A stretch of 59,994 nucleotides of DNA from Woeseiaceae bacterium (lineage in GTDB: Bacteria > Pseudomonadota > Gammaproteobacteria > Steroidobacterales > Woeseiaceae). A program made the translations under genes and the position numbers. This document shows positions 1 to 10,833 of this stretch, in pieces. Position 1 is the first letter of the stretch. Every line of letters begins with the position of its first letter. The stretch spans positions 1 through 59,994 of the forward strand of contig JBOHZD010000129.1 in the NCBI GenBank assembly GCA_050738315.1, given 5' to 3'. The notes beneath the pieces were generated by a model. It searched no databases, had not been told where the DNA came from, and saw only the letters and a program-made list of their open reading frames with translations.

Positions 1-392
<392 letters not shown>

Positions 393-521
393 AGCTTTGA
401 GCTTTATACTTCCGAACGCGATCCCCAAAATTACCAAGAATTGAAGTATTTGGTTCTCACGTTTGATTTTGCCTTCAAGGCAAACTCCAACGCGAGCACC
501 CACACAAATTATCTGATTGAA

Positions 522-533
522 TTGTTAAAGAGC
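522..533 (-). promoter_or_regulatory. rRNA leader boxA antitermination element
   Basis: Reverse complement reads GCTCTTTAACAA, matching the E. coli rrn boxA core. It lies between the candidate promoter and the mature 16S 5' end. Confidence 0.6.
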
Positions 534-653
534 GGACCCGCAATTATACAGGCGAACAGGTGCCAATTGACAGCCCTCAGGCTGAATTCGGGCGCCTGTT
601 CGATCTGGTTTGGGGGTCGGGCCGAAGGACACCGTTCCTCCGGCGAGCGGGGC

Positions 654-681
654 ATTATAGCGGCCGCTGGCCATGGGTCAA
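654..681 (-). promoter_or_regulatory. Candidate sigma70 rRNA promoter
   Basis: On the minus strand: TTGACC (676-681), 16-nt spacer, TATAAT (654-659), then a GC-rich discriminator (gccccgc) typical of stringently controlled rrn promoters. Confidence 0.5.
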
Positions 682-719
682 CCACTTATTTCGAGACGCA
701 GATTAAGGGGCGCCGCGGC

Positions 720-1919
720 TCAGGTGAGGTGGATTTTGGCGAATTTTCGCTTGCCGACCTGATACACGTGGCTTGAGCCGGCACTGACTTCCCGGCTGCG
801 GTCTTCGACCCGCTCTCCGTCGATGCGCACCGCGCCCTGGCGAATCATACGCAGCGCCTCGGAGGTGCTGCTCACCAGCCCGGCTTCCTTCAGGATGTGC
901 GCGATGCCCATGCCGCCGTCCCTGCTCGTAATCGAGACTTCCTCGATCTCCGCCGGGGCGGCACCCTCCCGGAAGCGCGAGATGAACTCTTCTTTTTCGC
1001 GGGTTGCGGCGGACCGGCTGTGGAATCGAGCCACGATTTCCTCCGCCAGTTCGAACTTGATGTCTCTCGGGTTTTTCCCGTTCCCGGCAGCCTTTTTCAG
1101 GGCCGTGATCTCGCCGAGCGGCCGGAAACTCAAGACTTCGAACCAGGTCCACATCAGGTCGTCGGAGATCGACATGATCTTACCGAACATCTCGCCGGCC
1201 GGTTCGGTGATCCCGATGTAATTACCCAGCGATTTGGACATCTTTTGCACGCCGTCGAGCCCCTCGAGCAGTGGCGTCGTGATCACGACCTGCGGGTCCT
1301 GCCCGAAGTGCTGCTGGAGTTGCCGGCCCACGAGGAGATTGAATTTCTGATCCGTGCCGCCCAGTTCCACGTCCGCTTTGAGGGCCACCGAATCGTAGCC
1401 CTGCACAAGGGGATACAGCAATTCATGGATTGCGATCGGCTGCCCGCCCTTGTAACGCTTATTGAAGTCTTCCCGCTCGAGCATGCGCGCCACCGTGTGC
1501 AGTGCGGCAATGCGGATTAGGCCGGCGGCGTCGATTTTCGACATCCAGGTGGAATTGAACTCGACCCGGGTGTGCTGTGGGTCGAGTATCTTGAATATCT
1601 GCGCCTCATACGTCCTTGCGTTGGCGGCGATTTCCTCTTTGCTGAGCGGCGGCCGGGTTGCGTTCCTGCCGGAGGGATCGCCGATCATGCCGGTAAAATC
1701 GCCGATCAGAAAAACGACCTCGTGGCCGAATTGCTGGAACTGGCGCATCTTGTTGATCAACACCGTGTGACCCACATGCAGGTCCGGCGCGGTCGGGTCG
1801 AAACCCGCTTTGACGACAAGCTTTTTCCCGGACTCGAGTTTCTGCAGTAGCCCGTCTTCGGGCAGGATCTCTTCGGTACCGCGCCCCAGTTCTTTCAGTT
1901 GTTCTGTGATTGCAATCAT
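720..1919 (-). CDS. tyrS: Tyrosyl-tRNA synthetase
   Basis: HVGH (HIGH-class) and KMSKS motifs with a C-terminal S4-like domain. ATG at 1919 ([11 protein letters not shown]) is preferred over the upstream ORF start at 1943. Confidence 0.95.
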   Translation of the reverse strand: MIAITEQLKELGRGTEEILPEDGLLQKLESGKKLVVKAGFDPTAPDLHVGHTVLINKMRQFQQFGHEVVFLIGDFTGMIGDPSGRNATRPPLSKEEIAANARTYEAQIFKILDPQHTRVEFNSTWMSKIDAAGLIRIAALHTVARMLEREDFNKRYKGGQPIAIHELLYPLVQGYDSVALKADVELGGTDQKFNLLVGRQLQQHFGQDPQVVITTPLLEGLDGVQKMSKSLGNYIGITEPAGEMFGKIMSISDDLMWTWFEVLSFRPLGEITALKKAAGNGKNPRDIKFELAEEIVARFHSRSAATREKEEFISRFREGAAPAEIEEVSITSRDGGMGIAHILKEAGLVSSTSEALRMIRQGAVRIDGERVEDRSREVSAGSSHVYQVGKRKFAKIHLT

Positions 1920-2083
1920 CTTCTCGCGTCGACCTGCGACCAAGGCCCAAGCTGCGAAACTGTAGCACTGTTCACGGTATCAATTACAAAAACAGGTTAA
2001 CGTCATGAGTTATAACCGCTTTCTTTGACGTACCGCACAGCTCGCTGTAGAGTAACGCCATCCAGTGTCAGGGGGACACGAAC

Positions 2084-3481
2084 TTGCATCGCCCGGTGAG
2101 TCCACTCTTACAAGATTACAAGCCGACCACTCCTGCAAGGATCCGGAAAACCAAAGGTCTTCAATGGTTTGCTGTGGGCCTCGGATTGCCGCTGCTCGGT
2201 CTCGCCCTGCTACTGTTGTTCAGGGGCACGACCAACGCCTCTCCGCCGCGGCTCGACCGTGACCTGAGCGACGCCGTGATCGAGACGGACACCGCGCTCT
2301 CTTCGCTGTACGAGACACTGGCGCCGATCGAACCTGCGAAAACGGCCCGCCGCATGCCGGTGATGCAGGCGGTACCGGAATACGCATCCCTGCAACTCAA
2401 AATCCGTTCCGGCGATACTCTCGATCGACTTTTTCGCAAGAATCACCTCGACCTCCGCAATCTTGCCGCGATCGTCAAGCTGCCGGAGGCCGGCGAATAC
2501 CTGCGCCTGCTGCGACCCGGAGATGAGTTGCGGATCGAGCATGACGGCGGACAGCTCGTCAGCCTGTATCGCAATCTCGACCTGACCAATTCGCTGCGGA
2601 TATCAAGAGGCGAGTCGGGCTACACAGCCGAGATCATCAAGCGGCCCGTCGATTTCCAGAAGCGGCTCGCCTACGGGCGCATTGAGACCTCGCTGTTCGA
2701 AAGCGCTGTCGCAGCAGGTATGTCCGACAAACTCATCATGCAACTTGCCGCCATTTTTGCCTGGGACGTGGACTTCGTTCTCGACATCCGCAAGGGCGAC
2801 GATTATTACATCCTGTACGAGGAGATTTTCCAGGACGGCAAATTCGTAACCTCCGGCGATATCATCGCCGCAGAGTTCAATAACAATGGCAGAACTTTCA
2901 AGGCCGTGCGCTATGCCGACAGTGACGGCCGAGCGGATTATTTCACGCCGGACGGCCGCAGCCTGCGCAAGGCATTCATCCGCGCGCCGGTGGATTTCAC
3001 GCGTATCAGTTCCGCATTCAATCCGCATCGGCGGCATCCCATTCTTAATACCATCAGGGCGCACCAGGGCGTCGACTACGCAGCACCGAGCGGGACGCCC
3101 ATCAAGGCTGCGGGCGACGGCAAGGTCATCTTCCGCGGCCGCAAGGGCGGCTATGGCAACTGCGTGATCCTTCAGCACGGTGGCAACATTTCGACCTTGT
3201 ATGCACACATGTCGAAGTTCGCTGGTTCGGTCGGCATCAACGATCGCGTGAAGCAAGGCGACACCATCGGCTATGTGGGTCATACAGGGCTTGCGACGGC
3301 ATCGCATCTGCATTACGAGTATCGTTTGAACGGTGTCCACAGGAACCCCCGCACCGTGAAGTTGCCGCAGGCCGATCCGATCAAGGAAGAATATCGCGCC
3401 GATTTTCTGGCGAAAGCCGAGCCGATACTGCAGGAATTACAGCAGTACAAGAGAACGCAGGTTGCAATGGCATCCGATTGA
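2084..3481 (+). CDS. M23 family murein endopeptidase with N-terminal membrane anchor
   Basis: C-terminal M23 motifs HQGVDYAAPSGTPI and GHTGLATASHLHYE. TM helix near the N-terminus. Start codon uncertain (TTG at 2084). Confidence 0.85.
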   Translation: MHRPVSPLLQDYKPTTPARIRKTKGLQWFAVGLGLPLLGLALLLLFRGTTNASPPRLDRDLSDAVIETDTALSSLYETLAPIEPAKTARRMPVMQAVPEYASLQLKIRSGDTLDRLFRKNHLDLRNLAAIVKLPEAGEYLRLLRPGDELRIEHDGGQLVSLYRNLDLTNSLRISRGESGYTAEIIKRPVDFQKRLAYGRIETSLFESAVAAGMSDKLIMQLAAIFAWDVDFVLDIRKGDDYYILYEEIFQDGKFVTSGDIIAAEFNNNGRTFKAVRYADSDGRADYFTPDGRSLRKAFIRAPVDFTRISSAFNPHRRHPILNTIRAHQGVDYAAPSGTPIKAAGDGKVIFRGRKGGYGNCVILQHGGNISTLYAHMSKFAGSVGINDRVKQGDTIGYVGHTGLATASHLHYEYRLNGVHRNPRTVKLPQADPIKEEYRADFLAKAEPILQELQQYKRTQVAMASD

Positions 3482-4609
3482 ATGAAGTCTCTTTATATCG
3501 GCCTTATGTCCGGCACGAGCATGGACGGCATCGACGCCGGCCTGTTCGAGATCAAAAACCGAAGTTGCGTCGTCAAGGCAACGTTAAAAACCCCCTACCC
3601 GACTGACCTGAGACGCGAACTGCTGGCCGCGAGCCGTAACCCGGAAACCTGCACGATCGATACCCTCGGCCGCCTGGACAACTGGGTCGGCGAGTGCTTC
3701 ATGCGGGCGACGGAACAACTGATCGCCGACAGCCAGGTCGACAAGAGCCGCATACGCGCGATCGGGAGTCACGGCCAGACCATTCGCCATCAACCGCGAT
3801 CCTTGCGGCCATTCACGATGCAGATCGGCGATCCGAATCTCATCGCCGCCGGCACGGCCATCACCACCGTCGCCGATTTTCGCCGCCGCGATCTCGCGTT
3901 CGGCGGAGAGGGCGCCCCGCTCACCGCTGCGTTTCATAAGTGGCTCTGGTCGAATCGGCGCGAGGACCGGGTGGTGCTGAATATCGGCGGCATGGCCAAT
4001 ATCACGATCCTGCCCGCGGCCAGCGGTGCCGTTCATGGATTCGATACGGGTCCGGGGAATACCTTGCTCGATGCCTGGATACAGTTGCAAAAAAATGAGA
4101 GCTTCGATGACGGCGGCGCGTGGGCGGACAGCGGCCGCGCGGTTCCCACGTTGCTCGACAGGTTGCTCGAAGACCCGTATTTCGCGTCCCCACCACCGAA
4201 AAGCACCGGCTTCGAATACTTCAACCTGAAATGGCTGCAGGACGCGACGTCGCGACTCTTCGAAAGCGACCGTCCGGCCCCCGAAGATATCCAGGCGAGC
4301 CTGGCAGAGCTCACGGTCCGTTCCGTCGCATCCGCCGTCAGGCAGCATGCGCCGTCGACGAGTCGCGTGCTGGTATGCGGCGGCGGTGTTCACAACCACG
4401 GCCTGATGCGACGCCTGCAGGACGCACTCGCGCCGATCCGCATCGAATCGACGGCAACAGTCGGCCTGGACCCGGACTGGGTCGAAGCGGCCACGTTCGC
4501 GTGGCTCGCAAAGCGCTGCCTGGACCGTCAACCCGGTAACCTGCCGACGGTCACGGGCGCCGCCGGCTTCACGATCCTGGGCGGAGTCTACCCGGCCGCG
4601 CCTGCCTGA
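3482..4609 (+). CDS. anmK: Anhydro-N-acetylmuramic acid kinase
   Basis: N-terminus YIGLMSGTSMDGIDAG is typical of AnmK. 375 aa. The ATG directly follows the M23 stop codon. Confidence 0.9.
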   Translation: MKSLYIGLMSGTSMDGIDAGLFEIKNRSCVVKATLKTPYPTDLRRELLAASRNPETCTIDTLGRLDNWVGECFMRATEQLIADSQVDKSRIRAIGSHGQTIRHQPRSLRPFTMQIGDPNLIAAGTAITTVADFRRRDLAFGGEGAPLTAAFHKWLWSNRREDRVVLNIGGMANITILPAASGAVHGFDTGPGNTLLDAWIQLQKNESFDDGGAWADSGRAVPTLLDRLLEDPYFASPPPKSTGFEYFNLKWLQDATSRLFESDRPAPEDIQASLAELTVRSVASAVRQHAPSTSRVLVCGGGVHNHGLMRRLQDALAPIRIESTATVGLDPDWVEAATFAWLAKRCLDRQPGNLPTVTGAAGFTILGGVYPAAPA

Positions 4610-4705
4610 CGCGCCTTCCGTTCCGATCGGGAATTGAGCATTGATCGTCATTTCCGGACGGGGGCATTGATATACTGACGACCCGGCTGCACCCAGACGA
4701 CTACC

Positions 4706-6781
4706 GTGGACGCTTCAGCGCCGCCAACCATCGACCCGTATATCAATCGGGAACTGAGCCTGCTCGAGTTCAACGCGCGCGTGCTTGCGGAGGCCTGCGA
4801 TCCGGGCATTCCGCTGCTAGAACGTCTGCGTTTCCTGTGTATCTCCTCCACCAACCTGGACGAGTTTTTCGAAATCCGTGTTGCCGCACTGAAGCAGCGG
4901 CTCGAAATCGGCGCTCCGGCGCCCGGACCCGACAAACTGACGCCGCAGCAACTGATGGAGGAAATCCGCAAGCGTTCCTTGCATCTCGTTCAGCAGCAGT
5001 ACCGTCTGCTCAACGCCACGATCCTGCCCGGCCTCGAACGGGAAGGCATCCGGTTCCTGCAACGTGACGACTGGACCGCCAAACAGAAGAAGTGGCTCTC
5101 CGAATACTTTGCGCAGGAAGTGGTTCCTGTCCTGACACCCCTGACTCTCGATCCCTCGCGCCCGTTTCCGCGGATGCTGAACAAGAGCCTCAACTTCATT
5201 GTTCGCCTGAAGGGCAAGGACGCGTTTGGCAGGAGCCGCCACCGTGCAGTGGTGCAAGCCCCGCGTTCGTTACCGAGAATTATCAAACTGCCCGAGCAGT
5301 GGCGTAAGCACGATGGCGAAAGCTACCTGTTCCTCTCGTCGATCATCCATGCGCACGTCGACCAGTTGTTTCCAGGACTCCAGGTGGAGGGCTGTTATCA
5401 GTTCAGGGTCACGCGCAACAGCAACCTGTATGTCGACGACGAGGAAGTCGACGATCTGATCGGCACATTACAGGGGCAGCTGGCTGCCAGCCGTTATGGC
5501 GCTGCAGTACGACTGGAAGTCAGCCATGATTGTCCACAGGATCTCTGCGACTTCCTGCTCGATCACTTTGCTCTGGGTGCGGACGATCTGTTTGCCGTCG
5601 ATGGTCCGGTGAATCTCAATCGGCTGGCGGCAATTTGTGACATGGCGCAGCGGCCCGATCTATGCTATCCGCCGTTCACGCCGGGACTTCCGCCCGCCCT
5701 GCAATCCGATAAGGACATATTCTCCGTTTTGCGCAAGCGGAACGTGCTCTTGCATCATCCTTACCAGTCAATCGCACCTGTCGTCGAGTTCATTGCTACC
5801 GCGGCAATGGACCCGGACGTTCTTGCAATTAAGCAAACGCTCTACCGAACCGGCGCGGCATCGCCGTTCGTCGACCATCTCGTCAGCGCCGCGCGTTCCG
5901 GAAAGGAAGTCACCGTCGTGGTCGAGTTGATGGCGAGATTTGACGAAGCCGCCAACATTTCGCTCGCAAACCGGCTGCAGGAAGCGGGGGCTCACGTGGT
6001 TTACGGCCTCGTCGGTTACAAGACACACGCCAAGATGGCCATGGTCGTCCGCCGCGAGCACGGCAAACTGATCCGCTACGTGCACCTCGGCACCGGCAAT
6101 TACCATCCGGGCACCGCCCGCCTGTATACCGACTACGGTTTCATGAGCAGCAGCCGGCAACTGGGCGAAGACGTGCACAAGATCTTCATGCAGTTGACCA
6201 GCCTGACCGCCGTCACGGATCTGCACAGAATCTGGACGGCTCCCTTCATGTTGTTTGATGCCCTGGTCCAGCGCATCGAGCGCGAGATCGAACACGCCAG
6301 AAACGGCAAGAAGGCGCACATTATTGCGATGGTGAACGCGCTGATCGAACCGCAGATTATCGATGTTCTCTACCGGGCATCGTCGGCGGGAGTCAGAATC
6401 GACCTGATCGTGCGCGGAATGTGCTCGTTGCGGCCCGGGGTCAAGGGCCTGTCGGAAAACATCCGCATAAGATCGATCGTCGGGCGCTTTCTGGAGCACT
6501 CACGGGTCTACTATTTTTACAACGGCGGCGACGAAGAATATTTTTGCTCCAGCGCGGACTGGATGGAGCGCAATTTCTTCCGCCGCACGGAAATCTGTTT
6601 TCCCGTTCGGCAGCGTCCCTTGAAAGAACGCCTCAAGGAGGATCTGGATCTTTTCCTCGCCGACAACTGCAAGGCATGGGCGTTGCACGGCGACGGCGCA
6701 TACGAAAGACTGCGGCCCGGGACAGGCGTCGCAATTTCGGCCCAGCAGACGCTGCTCGCGGAACTGGCGAGTCCGAGTTGA
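4706..6781 (+). CDS. ppk1: Polyphosphate kinase 1
   Basis: 691 aa. N-terminal YINRELSLLEFNARVL and PLD-like HxK (THAKMAMVV) motifs are characteristic of PPK1. Confidence 0.95.
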   Translation: MDASAPPTIDPYINRELSLLEFNARVLAEACDPGIPLLERLRFLCISSTNLDEFFEIRVAALKQRLEIGAPAPGPDKLTPQQLMEEIRKRSLHLVQQQYRLLNATILPGLEREGIRFLQRDDWTAKQKKWLSEYFAQEVVPVLTPLTLDPSRPFPRMLNKSLNFIVRLKGKDAFGRSRHRAVVQAPRSLPRIIKLPEQWRKHDGESYLFLSSIIHAHVDQLFPGLQVEGCYQFRVTRNSNLYVDDEEVDDLIGTLQGQLAASRYGAAVRLEVSHDCPQDLCDFLLDHFALGADDLFAVDGPVNLNRLAAICDMAQRPDLCYPPFTPGLPPALQSDKDIFSVLRKRNVLLHHPYQSIAPVVEFIATAAMDPDVLAIKQTLYRTGAASPFVDHLVSAARSGKEVTVVVELMARFDEAANISLANRLQEAGAHVVYGLVGYKTHAKMAMVVRREHGKLIRYVHLGTGNYHPGTARLYTDYGFMSSSRQLGEDVHKIFMQLTSLTAVTDLHRIWTAPFMLFDALVQRIEREIEHARNGKKAHIIAMVNALIEPQIIDVLYRASSAGVRIDLIVRGMCSLRPGVKGLSENIRIRSIVGRFLEHSRVYYFYNGGDEEYFCSSADWMERNFFRRTEICFPVRQRPLKERLKEDLDLFLADNCKAWALHGDGAYERLRPGTGVAISAQQTLLAELASPS

Positions 6782-6800
6782 GGCGCGGAAACGACGCCTG

Positions 6801-6861
6801 GGGAGCCCTCTGCACAAGTCTGGACGAAAAGACGCCGTCCACGACTTGTGGAGAGGCTCCC
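6801..6861. terminator. Long imperfect inverted repeat between convergent ppk and ppx (putative bidirectional terminator)
   Basis: gggagccctctgcacaagtc (6801-6820) pairs with gacttgtggagaggctccc (6843-6861), about 18 bp with one bulge and one mismatch. No U-tract. The right arm overlaps the ppx stop codon. Confidence 0.4.
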
Positions 6862-8360
6862 TAGTCGAAACGGAGCCTGAACCCGGCCCTGCGAATGTAA
6901 CTGCGATCGCGTCTCAGGTCCGCGGCTGTCAGAGGGTTTTCCTGCACCCAACCCTCGGTAAACACCAGCTTGAGATAATTCTTGCCGACTTTCAGCGTGA
7001 CGTGCGGCAGTTCAGTCGTGCTGCGGCTTCGATTCAACAACACCGCCAGCCGCAATAAAAGCGCCAGACGCAGCGCCGGTTCGCGCCACGCAGCCGGGAG
7101 TTTCCGCAGGCGCAGCGAACTCAACTCGCGCCTCTGGCTTGCGATCAGGAAGGCAAGAACCAGCTGCTCGGTCCGCGGAAATCCCGGAAGATCGGCATTC
7201 TCGGCGATATAGGCGCCGTGGCGCTGAAATCCGTCATGCGAAATGTCGAGGCCGATTTCATGCAGCGCCGCCGCCCAGTCGAGCATCTGGCCCGCCAGGT
7301 GCGATTCGAGCTTCCACCGTCTGGCGCATTGCATCAACAGGTTTCGTGCGGTGGACGCAACGCGCGCGGCCTGCGCCTGGTCGACGGAGTAACGGCGGGC
7401 CATGGCTTCCACGCTTCGAATCCGCGCATCCTCGTGCTGCAACCGACCCAGTTGATCGTACAAGAGTCCCTCGCGGAGAGCGCCGTCCGATATGCGCAGC
7501 CGTTCTACGCGCAAGACCCCGAGCAACTCGGCGAGCACGGCCAGGCCGCCGGGCCACACTTCAGCACGCGAAGGCGTCAGCCCGGGCAACGTCAAACTGG
7601 CGGTATCGTCGAACTGCAGCACCCGCTCGATCAGCTGTTCGACGGCGACCGGCGTGAGGTCGTTGGACTCGACGATACGGAGTTCCCTGGCAACGGTCGC
7701 GGTCGCGAGAATCGTTCCGGACGTGCCGATCGCCTCAAGCTCCGGTAATTCCGGGAAGAATGCCTTTACGGGGATAATTTCGAGGCGCGCGGCCAGTCGC
7801 GCCTTTTCGAACCTGCGGCGGCTGATGCTGCCTTTCGGGAAGTACTTCTCGGTCATCGAGACGCAGCCCAGGTGCAGGCTTTCGAGTGTTTTCGGAGTTG
7901 CTCTTTGCCCGAGAATCAGCTCCGTACTGCCGCCCCCGATGTCCATGACGAGCCGCAGGCCATCGACCGGCGGCAGACTGTGGGAAACGCCGCTGTAGAT
8001 GAGTCGTGCTTCCTCGATGCCCGAAACAACCTCGATCGGGTGTCCAAGCGCTTTTTCAGCTTCCTTGCGGAAGGATTGACTGTCGCGCGCGCGCCGGAGT
8101 GTGCTGGTGCCGGCCGCCCGCACGCTCGACGCCCGCATGTCGCGCAGTCTTTCGCCGAAGCGCGACAGACATTGCAGCGCCCTCTTCCTTGCCGCTTTGT
8201 TGAGGTCGCCATCGTCCTTGAGGCGTTCAGAAAGCCGGACCGTTTCTTTCAGCCGATCGATAATCGTCAGTTGCCCGTGCCGCAATTCGCCGACAACCAT
8301 GTGAAAACTGTTGGATCCCAGATCGACGGCGGCGATAACTTCCTGTGCGCTTGCACGCAC
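6861..8360 (-). CDS. ppx: Exopolyphosphatase (Ppx/GppA family)
   Basis: N-terminal AAVDLGSNSFHMVV (ASKHA fold phosphate-1 motif). 499 aa. Convergent with ppk1. Confidence 0.9.
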   Translation of the reverse strand: MRASAQEVIAAVDLGSNSFHMVVGELRHGQLTIIDRLKETVRLSERLKDDGDLNKAARKRALQCLSRFGERLRDMRASSVRAAGTSTLRRARDSQSFRKEAEKALGHPIEVVSGIEEARLIYSGVSHSLPPVDGLRLVMDIGGGSTELILGQRATPKTLESLHLGCVSMTEKYFPKGSISRRRFEKARLAARLEIIPVKAFFPELPELEAIGTSGTILATATVARELRIVESNDLTPVAVEQLIERVLQFDDTASLTLPGLTPSRAEVWPGGLAVLAELLGVLRVERLRISDGALREGLLYDQLGRLQHEDARIRSVEAMARRYSVDQAQAARVASTARNLLMQCARRWKLESHLAGQMLDWAAALHEIGLDISHDGFQRHGAYIAENADLPGFPRTEQLVLAFLIASQRRELSSLRLRKLPAAWREPALRLALLLRLAVLLNRSRSTTELPHVTLKVGKNYLKLVFTEGWVQENPLTAADLRRDRSYIRRAGFRLRFD

Positions 8361-8440
8361 AAACTCCTGAGATGGATAACCTGCGGGAGCAGTACTGATC
8401 GGTCTGGCCTTTGAACGAGGAGAGGGCCCGTCCCGCGATA

Positions 8441-8836
8441 TTATACGTTAAACGACGAGCCGCATCCGCAGGTCGTGCTTGCGTTCGGATTCCGGATCAC
8501 GAACTGGGCGCCTTGCAGGTCTTCCTTGTAGTCGATTTCCGCACCCATCAGGTACTGCACACTCATGGGGTCGATGACGAGGGTTACGCCCTGGTTCTCG
8601 ACGCGGCTGTCACCCTCTTCGATTTTTTCGTCAAATGTGAATCCGTACTGAAAACCGGAGCAACCGCCACCGGATACGAATACGCGCAACTTCAACGCCG
8701 GGTTGTCCTCGTCCTGGATCAGTTCGTTGACTTTTTTCGCCGCCGCATCGGTAAAGATCACGGGGGGAGGCGCCGCCGCGGAACCGATAGTCGGTGTGGT
8801 CGGAGTGTCAGTTTGCATTTCGGGACTCACCTTCAT
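8441..8836 (-). CDS. erpA: Iron-sulfur cluster insertion protein ErpA (HesB/IscA family)
   Basis: [12 protein letters not shown] and C-terminal CGCGSSFNV motifs. Confidence 0.9.
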   Translation of the reverse strand: MKVSPEMQTDTPTTPTIGSAAAPPPVIFTDAAAKKVNELIQDEDNPALKLRVFVSGGGCSGFQYGFTFDEKIEEGDSRVENQGVTLVIDPMSVQYLMGAEIDYKEDLQGAQFVIRNPNASTTCGCGSSFNV

Positions 8837-9327
8837 TTTACTGCAATTGCGGGTCGGGGATTAGCCGAATTGTCCGCCGATGTTTCCAGGTGCCTGGTCT
8901 CGGTGGTCTCGCCGCGGACCGTGTCGCCCGCGGACATGCGATTCGTCTGTTCCAAATGCGGCATTTGACCGCCGGGCTTGTGCACCAGCTTACCGTTGAT
9001 TTCGGCGCCGATCGCCATCTCTATCAGATTGTAATACACATTACCAATGACCCGCGCTGTCGGGCCAAGTTCCACGCGTTGGCTGGCGATTACATCGCCG
9101 CGCACAAGGCCGTACAGGATAACGTGCGGAACCATGACGCCTCCTTCGACGCTTCCATCCTCTGCGATACTGAGTGCTGAATGACTGTCAGGATCCGCAC
9201 TGACACTGCCTTTCACAATTCCGTCGACGTGGCAGCGCCCGGAGAAAGCGAGATCGCCGTGTACCTTCGAATTCGGGCCGACCAGCGTGTCGATGCGGCT
9301 CTCCATCTGTGATTTTCGCCCAAACAT
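8833..9327 (-). CDS. Bactofilin (polymer-forming cytoskeletal protein)
   Basis: Repetitive beta-helix pattern ([22 protein letters not shown] ... [25 protein letters not shown]). ATG at 9327 (MFGRKSQ). The stop overlaps the erpA start (ATGA). Confidence 0.8.
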   Translation of the reverse strand: MFGRKSQMESRIDTLVGPNSKVHGDLAFSGRCHVDGIVKGSVSADPDSHSALSIAEDGSVEGGVMVPHVILYGLVRGDVIASQRVELGPTARVIGNVYYNLIEMAIGAEINGKLVHKPGGQMPHLEQTNRMSAGDTVRGETTETRHLETSADNSANPRPAIAVK

Positions 9328-9411
9328 CAGCTTGCTCCCTGATTTATTCTGCTCGGTTGCTGAAACCCGCAGCGCGACCAATGAAAACGCCCCACACGCC
9401 TGCCTGGTGAA

Positions 9412-10125
9412 TTATCCCTGGGCTTGCCATAAAAAACTCTGTTCGACGCTCGCGATTGATTTCGTCCTGGAACGAACCTCGATGTTGACCTTCTCGGGTG
9501 TGAACCCGTCCGGCAATACCAGCTCGCGCTCAAAGGTCTGGAAATACCGAAAGGAGAACGGCCAATCGCTGTCCTGGTCTTCCGGCACCAGTTGTTCCAA
9601 AGTATACGTCGCCGTTGCTCCATCCTGCGCGCCTTCCAGACTGAATGCGACATCGCCTTTGACATTTCGATCGTGCTGCATGACCTGTACCAGTACCAGG
9701 CTGACATGGTACTCACGATCGTCTTTTCCCTTGCTGACTTTCAGATCCTGCACGCGAAGTCCCGTGCCTCCGTCCGCGGGTGAAATGATGCCGCGGTAAA
9801 ATGCTATCGCTTCACGCTGTTCCTGAATCTTGGCCTGCAGTCGACTCAATCCCTCTTCGACCACCTTGTAGCTTTCGCGGTTGATATCGCGGTCCGTTTC
9901 CAGGAGCGCAATCCTTTCTTTCAGTGATGCAATCTGTTTGTCGCGCTCCTCCAGGCGATCGTCGTAAGCCTCGCGCCCGGCCGCGGCATCGACGACGTTA
10001 TAGCCGGCCTGGATACGCCCGTATTCGAAGGTCAGGTATCCGACAATGAGGACAGCAACAACAATTGCGATTTTCAGTGCCCAGTGCCTGCCGCCGTGCA
10101 AATGCGTGCTTGCTTTGTTGGCCAC
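9412..10125 (-). CDS. Membrane-anchored coiled-coil protein of unknown function (DUF6776-like)
   Basis: N-terminal TM helix (ALKIAIVVAVLIVGYL), a coiled-coil stretch, then a beta-rich C-terminal region. It sits upstream of the bactofilin gene on the same strand. Confidence 0.6.
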   Translation of the reverse strand: MANKASTHLHGGRHWALKIAIVVAVLIVGYLTFEYGRIQAGYNVVDAAAGREAYDDRLEERDKQIASLKERIALLETDRDINRESYKVVEEGLSRLQAKIQEQREAIAFYRGIISPADGGTGLRVQDLKVSKGKDDREYHVSLVLVQVMQHDRNVKGDVAFSLEGAQDGATATYTLEQLVPEDQDSDWPFSFRYFQTFERELVLPDGFTPEKVNIEVRSRTKSIASVEQSFLWQAQG

Positions 10126-10338
10126 CTGATCCGCATCTCTGAAATTTCCGATTGAATTATGTTACGCGGTGGCCATAGCAAACAGAAGTGCGGCAGATCA
10201 CGGAATTGGTGACGAATTCGGGGATTTCCACGCGCAGACTCGAGATTTTCCCGCCGCGGCCCGCAATCGCTTGTGAATTCAAGTGGCTAAGGCTCCGGGC
10301 ATGCGGCAAACTGGCGCTCGGGATTCACAGGGACAACC

Positions 10339-10770
10339 ATGCTGCCCGGCTTTTATCTCTCGCTCAAAGGATTGCACATTGCCTTCATGGTGACCTGGTT
10401 TGCCGGGCTTTTTTACCTGCCGCGGTTGTTTATCTATCACGCTGCAGCGGCAGATGCAGCAAGTCGCGAGCGCTTCTCCGTCATGGAAAGGAGGCTGTTC
10501 GGCATCATGACGATCGGCGCTGTTGCAACGGCGATTTTTGGCCTGGCGATGCTCTGGCTGCGTCCCGACCTCCTCGGTCAGACCTGGCTTCAGGTGAAGC
10601 TCGGCCTGGTCGCCGGCCTCGTCATCTACCATGTGAGCTGTCAGAGATGGATGCGCGCGCTGGCCAAAAGACCGACACCGCAAACCACGAAGGGCCTGCG
10701 CTGGTTCAACGAAATACCCGCGGCATTGCTGCTCGCCATCGTGCTGCTGGCCGTCCTTAAACCCGCTTAG
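10339..10770 (+). CDS. hemJ: HemJ-type protoporphyrinogen IX oxidase
   Basis: 143-aa, 4-TM protein beginning LKGLHIAFMVTWFAGLFYLPRLFIYH, which matches the HemJ/UPF0093 family signature as I recall it. Confidence 0.8.
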   Translation: MLPGFYLSLKGLHIAFMVTWFAGLFYLPRLFIYHAAAADAASRERFSVMERRLFGIMTIGAVATAIFGLAMLWLRPDLLGQTWLQVKLGLVAGLVIYHVSCQRWMRALAKRPTPQTTKGLRWFNEIPAALLLAIVLLAVLKPA

Positions 10771-10833
10771 CTGCACTGGCCTCCATCACCTCGGCGTGGG
10801 GTGGGCAGCGAGCCGGGATTTCGTTCATGCCGC

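Noticed and set aside
543-572. Second possible rRNA promoter (TATAAT on the minus strand at 543-548)
   Set aside because: The best -35 candidate is poor (TGTCAA with 18-nt spacing), and the -10 sits only ~10 nt upstream of boxA. Too weak to call.
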